64,000 nucleotides of DNA from an uncultured Staphylococcaceae bacterium (GTDB lineage Bacteria > Bacillota_I > Bacilli_A > ML615J-28 > CAG-313): positions 1,020-65,019 of the forward strand of contig CAZDPJ010000006.1 in the NCBI GenBank assembly GCA_964507405.1, read 5' to 3'. Shown piece by piece: positions 57,701-64,000 of this stretch (the stretch's first letter is position 1; each line of letters begins with the position of its first letter). Both the position numbers and the translations under genes were made by a program. The notes below the pieces were generated by a model. The model had not been told where the DNA came from. It saw nothing but the letters and a program-made list of their open reading frames with translations, and ran no database searches.

Positions 57701-58170
57701 GAATTGAAAAAGAAGAAGCTAATCCTCGTAAATTTAATATTGATATATCTAGACATATTGCGCCTACATATGTTTCTGATGATGAAATTAGAATTGAAAT
57801 TCACCAATCTATTAATAAGATTAAATCACGCTCACAAATAAATGCATTAATTGCAGAATATTCAGATAGATATGGTCAATTAAGTAAGGATATTTTACTA
57901 TATATGGAAGAAAAATATCTAGAATATTTGTTAAAATCGAGAGGTGTTGAATCATTTAAAGAATTAAATCAAGATGTTGCTTTTAATTTTGATGAAGAAA
58001 CAAGTAAAAAATTAATATCTGCTAATTTTGATTTCATGTTAAATCATGATTTTGACCTTCTTAAATTTGAGTTTATAAAAAATAAGGTTGTTGTAAGATA
58101 TAAAAACAAAGAATTAACAAAAGATTATATATATTTATTTACTAAATTTTTAGAACAAATCCATGTATAA
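54730..58170 (+). CDS. mfd: transcription-repair coupling factor
   Basis: DRLICGDVGFGKTEVA, LLIIDEEQRFGV, QLYQIRGRVGR. ATG at 54730 just after the pth stop. The track ORF starts at 54709. Confidence 0.96.
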   Translation: MNILEILNNEKKYQEIIDVISKANKNDNIYIGNCCVNISRMLAALSFNATNKNVVYICTDTFEASKTYEMFVDLVGTDNVSFFPVEEFISNDIVASSSEFKLARMLTIANIIKKKPQIIITNTDGALKNVMSTSMLNSSILKYSIGETKEIDEIVNDLVIRGYKKTALTTDIGTFSVRGSIIDIYPINTDEPIRINFFDNEIETIKKIDIESQLSTEKLQEIDIFPLYDIYYQKENIDIISNKILKKYPNDDKTKKIVENLKEYKSLEQLYLYLPEIDEQYQNFLSFVDKPICFYENYNDLKSYEKKRQSEIYNYFLELKYKYDKSFFKELDEILSLSYENVFTCSFLSSLNDIYINKLFDVKTSNVTEFNNNLKIMFDGIVADLEKTYIITHIDEVKLDYIEELLETKLLHYYIYEDEQKIRNGKINVAVSTNAYGFIDYDLNLEVITPNEYAPSKISRNTKYQRYYKQSTKIYSKDELTPGDYVVHQDYGIGIYLGIKTIELRGLKKDYLSLQYADESKVNIPIENIYLLEKYIGSKNQTPKLNNLNSKEWIKKRNRIKEKVNDVAQKLIKVQAEREAMQGFVYKKDTLEQLEFEKEFGFTETKDQLQAIQDVKNDMESTRPVDRLICGDVGFGKTEVAIRATFKAVDNGKQVVYLAPTTILTRQHYYTFKQRLEKYGIRVELLNRFVDKAKQKQVIEDLKKGYVDVVVGTHRLLSSDIQYKNLGLLIIDEEQRFGVTHKEKIKQMKSLIDVLTLTATPIPRTLQMSLSGLKDLSLIETPPVNRLPVQTFVLESNESVIREAINREIARNGQVFYLLNRINELDGVLDKVKRLVPKAKVGMIHGRMKKEEIEEYLVDFLDRKYDILICTTIIETGIDIPNANTLIVEKADILGLAQLYQIRGRVGRNDRIAYAYFMYEKGKVLTIEAEKRLETIKEFTALGSGYKIAMRDLAIRGAGDILGNEQSGYIDAIGMDLYMKLLNDAIKEAKGIEKEEANPRKFNIDISRHIAPTYVSDDEIRIEIHQSINKIKSRSQINALIAEYSDRYGQLSKDILLYMEEKYLEYLLKSRGVESFKELNQDVAFNFDEETSKKLISANFDFMLNHDFDLLKFEFIKNKVVVRYKNKELTKDYIYLFTKFLEQIHV

Positions 58171-58218
58171 AATAAAAAAATAAATCCATACTATTATTAA
58201 GTGTGGAGGAATTAATAT

Positions 58219-58749
58219 ATGAAAGCAACAGGAGTCGTTAGAAGAATAGATGATTTAGGTAGAATTGTTCTACCAAAAGAACTAAGAAGAACAATGAGAA
58301 TCAAAGAAGGAGATTCACTAGAGATATATATAGATGGTCTTGATCAAATAATGTTAAAAAAGTATTCTCCAGTTCAAAGCCTAAATGAATTTGTTAAAGA
58401 ATTTGTTGAAAGTGTTTATGCATCTAATAAATTAGATATAATAATAACAGATAATGAAAGAGTAATTGCATGCGCAGGTAACTTTAAAGTAAACTTAGTG
58501 GGCAAAAAAATATCAATGAGATTAGAAGATAAATTAAACAAGAGACAAACTCAAATTATTGATATGGGTGAAAATTTTGAAATATGTGATAATATTGAAA
58601 ATAATAGACCATTAATTATCAGGCCAATAAATGTATATGGTGATATCTTAGGCTGCGTTATTATTTTAGGTGAGACGGGAATTACATCGGTTGAAAAATC
58701 AATTGCTGAATTTAGTGGAACCTTTATTAGTAAATATTTAGAAAGTTAG
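58219..58749 (+). CDS. spoVT: stage V sporulation protein T (AbrB-type N-domain + GAF-like C-domain)
   Basis: 176 aa. MKATGVVRRIDDLGRIVLPKELRRTMRIKEGDSLEIY. Sits in the mfd-spoVT synteny as in B. subtilis. Confidence 0.88.
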   Translation: MKATGVVRRIDDLGRIVLPKELRRTMRIKEGDSLEIYIDGLDQIMLKKYSPVQSLNEFVKEFVESVYASNKLDIIITDNERVIACAGNFKVNLVGKKISMRLEDKLNKRQTQIIDMGENFEICDNIENNRPLIIRPINVYGDILGCVIILGETGITSVEKSIAEFSGTFISKYLES

Positions 58750-58872
58750 AAAAAATCTAGCTTTCTTTTTTTAAGAAAAAAATATATATAAATAATTTTT
58801 CTTGTAATTTTAATTAAGTTATGGTATACTAATATAGGTGTAAAAATAATAACAAAAATGGAGGGAATAATT

Positions 58873-59733
58873 ATGCCACTAGTAAATATGGTAAACATTT
58901 TAAATAAAGCAAAAGAAGGAAAATATGCTGTTGGTCAATTCAATATTAATAATCTTGAATGGACTAAAACAATCCTTGAAACTGCAGAAGCAAACAACTC
59001 ACCAGTTATTTTAGGTGTTTCTGAAGGTGCAGCAAAATATATGGGTGGATTTGATGTAGTTGTTGGAATGGTTAAAGGATTAGTAAAAGATTTAGAAATT
59101 ACTGTTGATGTTGCTATTCATTTAGACCACGGTTCATCTTTTGAAAGTTGTAAAAAAGCAATTGATGCTGGATTTACATCTGTTATGATTGATGGTTCTC
59201 ATCATCCAATTGATGATAACATTAAAATGACTAAAGAAGTTGTGGATTATGCACATGCAAGAAACGTAAGTGTTGAAGCTGAAGTAGGTACTGTAGGTGG
59301 AAATGAAGATGGTGTTATCGGTGGAATTAAATACGCTGACTTAAATGAATGTGTTCGTTTAGTAAATGAAGCAGAAGTTGACGCTCTTGCACCTGCACTA
59401 GGTTCAGTTCATGGTCCTTATCAAGGTGAACCTGTACTTGGATTTACAGAAATGGAAGCAATTGGAAAAGCAACAAATAAACCACTTGTATTACATGGTG
59501 GAACTGGTATTCCAGATGAAAAAATTAGAAGAGCAATTGAATGTGGAACATGCAAAATTAATGTTAACACTGAATGCCAATTAGCATTTAATAAAATCTT
59601 AAGAGAATTCCTTGCTGATGAAAAGAATGCTAAAGTTTATGATCCACGTAAATTATTAGGTCCTGCTTCTAAAGGAATTGCTCAAGCTGTTACTGAAAAG
59701 ATTAATGTATTTGGTACAGCAAATGAAAACTAA
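58873..59733 (+). CDS. fba: class II fructose-1,6-bisphosphate aldolase
   Basis: [27 protein letters not shown]..., HLDHG, LHGGTG. ATG at 58873 after GGAGGG. Confidence 0.94.
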   Translation: MPLVNMVNILNKAKEGKYAVGQFNINNLEWTKTILETAEANNSPVILGVSEGAAKYMGGFDVVVGMVKGLVKDLEITVDVAIHLDHGSSFESCKKAIDAGFTSVMIDGSHHPIDDNIKMTKEVVDYAHARNVSVEAEVGTVGGNEDGVIGGIKYADLNECVRLVNEAEVDALAPALGSVHGPYQGEPVLGFTEMEAIGKATNKPLVLHGGTGIPDEKIRRAIECGTCKINVNTECQLAFNKILREFLADEKNAKVYDPRKLLGPASKGIAQAVTEKINVFGTANEN

Positions 59734-59743
59734 ATTATAAAAT

Positions 59744-59777
59744 AAGAGTCTTTCTATTTAAGAAAGATTCTTTTTTT
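59744..59777 (+). terminator. fba terminator
   Basis: 12-bp stem (59744-55 / 59761-72), 5-nt loop, T7 run. Confidence 0.8.
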
Positions 59778-59829
59778 ATTTGAAAAAAACTTTATAAAAT
59801 GCTATACTTTTAAAAAAGGATGGGGTTTT

Positions 59830-60720
59830 ATGAAAATAATAGCTAGTTTATTAATTAATAAAAATATATTAAATGATGAAGAAATAAGAGAATATGCAAG
59901 AGCCTTTAGTGACTATGCTAATAATGTAGATGAAGTATATATATATAATGTTACTTCATTTGACTTATCTAAATTCTATGAAGCAATCAGACGCTTTCAA
60001 AATGCTAATTACGTTGATTGTAGTGATTTGGGTGAGGCAGCAAACTATCAAAGAATGATGGAACAAGCTGTAAATGTTGGTGCTGATTATAATATTATGT
60101 TAGAACTTGGTTATTACTATGAAGATGAAGCTTTTACAAACATAAAGAAATATATATATGAAAATCAAGACGTTAATATTGCAATTTATACTCCACTTCC
60201 ATTATATGGCTGTCAAATGCATGAAAGAAAACAAGAAGAAACGAGATATGTTACTGGTGGATGCCGATTACTTGGTGCCTTTATAAATGTTCATATTTTT
60301 GAAGAATTAAATGGATTTAAGTTAGAATATTATCAAGGTACCTTTGATTATGAATATTGTATTAGAGCTAGACTAAAAGAAAAAAAGATTCTTTTATTCA
60401 ATAATGAAGTTTTAAGAAATACTAATTATCGAATTGTTGAACGAAAAATTTTATTTACTACTCTATCAACATACGATAAAGAACCATTAGATATATATTA
60501 TGATTATCGTAATCGCTTATTTTTATGGGATGAATATAAAGACATTGACCCTTATTATGTTAAATTAGATAAGAAAATGGCTAAAGCTGAAAGACATGAA
60601 ATGAAATGGAGAGATAAAGGATATAGGGATAAACTTGCAATGTATGAAAAAGCTAAGGAAGATTATAAAAAAGGCTTGCTTGGTAAAATTACGTATGGGA
60701 AACGAGAAATAAGATATTAA
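59830..60720 (+). CDS. GT-A (family 2-like) glycosyltransferase-like protein
   Basis: 296 aa, cytoplasmic. The segment GGCRLLGAFINVHIFEELNGF...FDYEYCIRARLKEKKILL resembles the GT2 C-terminal region. The N-terminus is atypical. Confidence 0.45.
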   Translation: MKIIASLLINKNILNDEEIREYARAFSDYANNVDEVYIYNVTSFDLSKFYEAIRRFQNANYVDCSDLGEAANYQRMMEQAVNVGADYNIMLELGYYYEDEAFTNIKKYIYENQDVNIAIYTPLPLYGCQMHERKQEETRYVTGGCRLLGAFINVHIFEELNGFKLEYYQGTFDYEYCIRARLKEKKILLFNNEVLRNTNYRIVERKILFTTLSTYDKEPLDIYYDYRNRLFLWDEYKDIDPYYVKLDKKMAKAERHEMKWRDKGYRDKLAMYEKAKEDYKKGLLGKITYGKREIRY

Positions 60721-60732
60721 GGAGGAAAAGAA

Positions 60733-63186
60733 ATGAGAAAAATTAAAAGAATTTTATTTTTTACAATTTTCTTTGTTACTTTATGTTGTTCAATACATTT
60801 AAATGTATCTGCTTCAACAAAAAGTGATAATGGAAATGGTGAGTGGACACCAGGAAAAGCAGAAACGGTTGATGTATTTGGAATGGAACATTCAAGTATA
60901 TGGGGAAAAGCTAATGATAATAAACCACAACATATTAATTTGTTAACAATGAAAACAGATGGATATTCATCTAAACTTGTAACTTGGTCTGTAGTTGATG
61001 GAAATAAAAAATATACTAGACAATATTTAGATGACATTGCAAGTGATTATGAAAAAACACACCCTGGATGGATTGTAGTTGGAGGAATTAATGCTGACCA
61101 ATATACTACTGGTTTTGGAAGTGATATTGCTTCTGGTTCTGCCTACTTTACACCACAAACATATTATCCACTAATTATGGATGGTGAATCAAGAATACCA
61201 ATTACTTTCACTAATATTACTAATATGCATGTTGGTTTCGCGAATAATGGTAGTGAAAATTCTCTAGTTCCATCAAGTACAATAAGAAGCTTTGTCTTAA
61301 CAATTGTTGATGAGAATAAAAAAGAAATAGCTAAATTTGATATTGATAACATAAATCAATCTCCATCAAATAATGAAACAACAGTATGGTCTACATATAT
61401 ATCCATTTCAAAAGATAATACTTATGTAGAACAAAACATTGATAGTGAAAACTCTGTTTATGTAGTTGAAAACCCTGAACTTGCATATATGAATAACAGT
61501 TCAAACTATAGTTCAGGAGTAGATTCTGTATTTGGAAAAGGAACAATTTCAAAAGTAACTAAAAATGTAACTCTAAAGTCTAATCAATTTGCAATTGAAA
61601 CAACCAACGAAGAAGTAATTAATGCTTTATCAGTAGGTACAAGAATAATAGTAGATGCAGAATGGGTTAGTGAAGAATTAAATAATGTTGAAGCATCAAC
61701 TGGATATCACTCTGTTCATCGTATGAATGGTGTTGATCAACCTTTAGTTCATACTAGTTATGATGGCAATAGATATAGTAGAGCAATCGTTGGTAAAAAA
61801 GCTGATGGAACATATGTATTATTAACAGTCGATGTTGCTACAGACCCTAATGACTTAACAATTAGATACGCAGGAATGGGATTTGATGAATGTAATGCTT
61901 TATTAAAACATTATGGTGTTGTTGAAGCATATCAAATGGATGGCGGTGGTTCTGTAACAAGTATGTACCGTGATGAAAAAGGTGAATTTGTGATTAGTAA
62001 CTACCCTAGAGATGGTATACGCGCAAATATGACCGCATTATTATTTGTTGTTCGTGACCCTGAAGTTAAAGCTGATACTAATTATCATAGTGTAACTTTA
62101 AAGAAAACAACAAATCTTGTTGAAGAAGCAACAATTGAAAATGTAGTTGTTAAAGTAAATGGAAAAGATTATAATTTTAATAATAATGAATTGACAATTG
62201 ATGGATTAAATGAAAATACTAAATATAACTTAACTCTAGAATATGGTGTAGTATTAAATGATAATTCTAAAAAAATGACTAAATCTATTGAAGTAACCAC
62301 TAAGGAATATGAAGGCATAAGTCCTAAATTTGAAGTGCTAAATATTAACAAAACATCTTTTGATGTAAGTATGGAACCAAATGAATTAATCAGAAATGTT
62401 AAAGTTGTAATAAATGGTGATGCGACTGATTTTGTAAATAATAAAGCAGAACTTAAAAATTTAATTTTAGATACTGAATATAATTTAGTAATTGAATATG
62501 ATATATATGATGAAGTTACTTCTAATTTATATCATCGAAAAAATTCAGAATTAAAAGCAAAAACATTAAGTTATGAAATACCTACTATTACTGAATTTAA
62601 ACTAGTTAAAGAATATACTAATAAAGTAAATCTTCAATATGCATATAAAGATGAAGATGGAGTAGTTACAAAAGCGGTAATTGTTTGTAATGGTCAAGAA
62701 ATAAAAACATTAAAACTAAAACAAGGCTTAGAACAAGTAACTGACCTAGATTTAGAAAATAACTCATATGAGTTAAAAATAGTGTTAACATATACTGCTT
62801 TAGAAGATGAATTTGAAGTAGAAAGTAATATTCTTTCTTTAGGTAATACCCCTAAACCTACATATAATATTGAATATATCTTAGATGGTGGAACTCTTCC
62901 AGATGGTGTAAGTTATACATATGAAGAAGGAAAAGGACTAGAAAGTCTTCCTACTCCATCAAAAGAAGGATATACTTTCCTTGGTTGGTATAATGAACAA
63001 GGAGAAAAAGTAGAAAGCATAAGTAAAACAGCAACAGGTGATATTAAACTAACAGCACGTTATGAAGAAATTAAACAAGAAGAAAAGAAAGGCTGTGGCT
63101 GTGGAACAGATGCTGCCATTAGATATGTACTTGCTTTAACTACTCTTCTTGCATTAAGTGTAGTAATACTTAGAAAGAAAAAATAA
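60733..63186 (+). CDS. secreted/anchored phosphodiester glycosidase (DUF2233/NAGPA-like) with beta-rich repeats, a Flg_new repeat and a C-terminal GCGCG-TM-KKK anchor
   Basis: 817 aa. Signal peptide. HPGWIVVGGINADQY and AYQMDGGGSVTSMY. KEGYTFLGWY repeat. The C-terminus reads GCGCGTDAAIRYVLALTTLLALSVVILRKKK. Confidence 0.7.
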   Translation: MRKIKRILFFTIFFVTLCCSIHLNVSASTKSDNGNGEWTPGKAETVDVFGMEHSSIWGKANDNKPQHINLLTMKTDGYSSKLVTWSVVDGNKKYTRQYLDDIASDYEKTHPGWIVVGGINADQYTTGFGSDIASGSAYFTPQTYYPLIMDGESRIPITFTNITNMHVGFANNGSENSLVPSSTIRSFVLTIVDENKKEIAKFDIDNINQSPSNNETTVWSTYISISKDNTYVEQNIDSENSVYVVENPELAYMNNSSNYSSGVDSVFGKGTISKVTKNVTLKSNQFAIETTNEEVINALSVGTRIIVDAEWVSEELNNVEASTGYHSVHRMNGVDQPLVHTSYDGNRYSRAIVGKKADGTYVLLTVDVATDPNDLTIRYAGMGFDECNALLKHYGVVEAYQMDGGGSVTSMYRDEKGEFVISNYPRDGIRANMTALLFVVRDPEVKADTNYHSVTLKKTTNLVEEATIENVVVKVNGKDYNFNNNELTIDGLNENTKYNLTLEYGVVLNDNSKKMTKSIEVTTKEYEGISPKFEVLNINKTSFDVSMEPNELIRNVKVVINGDATDFVNNKAELKNLILDTEYNLVIEYDIYDEVTSNLYHRKNSELKAKTLSYEIPTITEFKLVKEYTNKVNLQYAYKDEDGVVTKAVIVCNGQEIKTLKLKQGLEQVTDLDLENNSYELKIVLTYTALEDEFEVESNILSLGNTPKPTYNIEYILDGGTLPDGVSYTYEEGKGLESLPTPSKEGYTFLGWYNEQGEKVESISKTATGDIKLTARYEEIKQEEKKGCGCGTDAAIRYVLALTTLLALSVVILRKKK

Positions 63187-63205
63187 TATTAATATATATT
63201 AAATC

Positions 63206-63240
63206 AAGACTTGAAAAACAAAATTCAAGTCTTTTATTTT
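63206..63240 (+). terminator. terminator after the first glycosidase gene
   Basis: aagacttgaa / ttcaagtctt 10-bp stem, 8-nt loop, then ttttatttt. Confidence 0.7.
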
Positions 63241-63313
63241 TAAAAATTATATATATCTTCTTGCTTTAATTTTTATGTTGTGATAAAATGTTTAAAAAAG
63301 AAGGAGAAAGAAT

Positions 63314-64000
63314 ATGAAAAAGATTTTAAAAAGGATTTTATTTATTTTAACTATATTTCTTTGCTTTTCTAGTTTAATTAGCATATCTATTAGTGCAAAA
63401 GAAAATGAAACAACTAGTGAAAATGGCAAAGGAACATGGATTTTAAAAAGTAATGATGAACAAAATATATATGGAATGACTTATAATCATTTACTTGGTA
63501 ATACGAAAACAACAGCTAATTTAACAGATCAACAAGTAAATGTATTTAGTATGAAAACAGATGGAGTTTTTTCTAAACTTGTTAACTGGGCTTGTCAAAG
63601 TGGAAATAACAAATATAGAAGAGCAACATTAGATGTAGTTGCGAAAGATTATGAAGAGACTCATCCTGGATGGATTGTTCTTGGGGGAATAAATGCGGAC
63701 CAATATGCAATGAATGCAAAATATATTAATGATGTACCAATGTATCCTGCCCCTTTCTATCCACTTGTTATGGATGGTGAAAGAAGATTTGGCTATGGCC
63801 TAACTGGAAACTCCAATAATTATGTTGGTGTAACCAATGATGCAAGTAACCCATTCGTAAAGGAATCCGCAATCAAAGGTTATTATATATATATCTTAGA
63901 TGATAATGACAAAGTTGTATCTAAATATCCAGTTGAACAATTTAATAAAGAAGCATCAACTGGTGAAACCTCAGTATGGGTTGCATATGAATATGTTAAT
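63314..64000 (+). CDS. second phosphodiester glycosidase paralog (5' part, runs off the window)
   Basis: Not in the ORF track. ATG at 63314 after AAGGAG. MKKILKRILFILTIFLCFSS...MKTDGVFSKLVNW...HPGWIVLGGINADQY is collinear with the upstream gene. Confidence 0.75.
   Translation, partial: MKKILKRILFILTIFLCFSSLISISISAKENETTSENGKGTWILKSNDEQNIYGMTYNHLLGNTKTTANLTDQQVNVFSMKTDGVFSKLVNWACQSGNNKYRRATLDVVAKDYEETHPGWIVLGGINADQYAMNAKYINDVPMYPAPFYPLVMDGERRFGYGLTGNSNNYVGVTNDASNPFVKESAIKGYYIYILDDNDKVVSKYPVEQFNKEASTGETSVWVAYEYVN

Noticed and set aside
1-64000. An alternative genetic code (UGA = Trp), given the Mollicutes-like features.
   Set aside because: Housekeeping proteins (gyrA/B, mfd, dnaX, fhs and others) are full length under the standard code, so no read-through of UGA is needed.

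Overview
This window is the chromosomal replication-origin region of a very AT-rich, low-GC Firmicute. GC looks like 27-30% by eye and was not computed. The standard genetic code applies, because full-length ORFs appear without UGA recoding. Gene content includes endospore genes (yabG, bofA, spoVG, spoVT, cwlJ-gerQ) alongside Mollicutes/Erysipelotrichia-like surface lipoproteins.

Layout: the left arm (1-36371) is almost entirely minus-strand: prs, split transketolase, a giant Cys-repeat lipoprotein, spoVG, ispE, yabG, rsmA, rpoE, bofA, surE, two nrnA-like genes, a surface-nuclease/OB-fold-lipoprotein/ABC-importer operon, recR, ybaB, a double-length dnaX, T-box-asnS, mnmE, jag, yidC, rnpA and rpmH. 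DnaA-box clusters flank dnaA (36471-36542 and 38009-38025). The right arm is mostly plus-strand: dnaA, dnaN, yaaA, gyrB, gyrA, T-box-serS, ppa, fhs, folD, pth, mfd, spoVT, fba, and a GT-like gene followed by two phosphodiester-glycosidase surface proteins.

The most unusual locus is 39383-41867. A plasmid-type small ParA and a ribbon-helix-helix-like partner form a convergent operon between dnaN and yaaA, where recF normally lies. Next to it is a 1.3 kb gene-free tract of extreme AT content. That tract carries degenerate iteron-like motifs, a GC-richer island and a C5G6 palindrome. The usual mnmG-rsmG-noc-soj-spo0J block is missing after mnmE in this window.

The second candidate system is a putative extracellular nucleic-acid capture, cleavage, import and finishing locus (10432-22715).

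All product calls rest on motif and family recognition by eye. No database search was possible.
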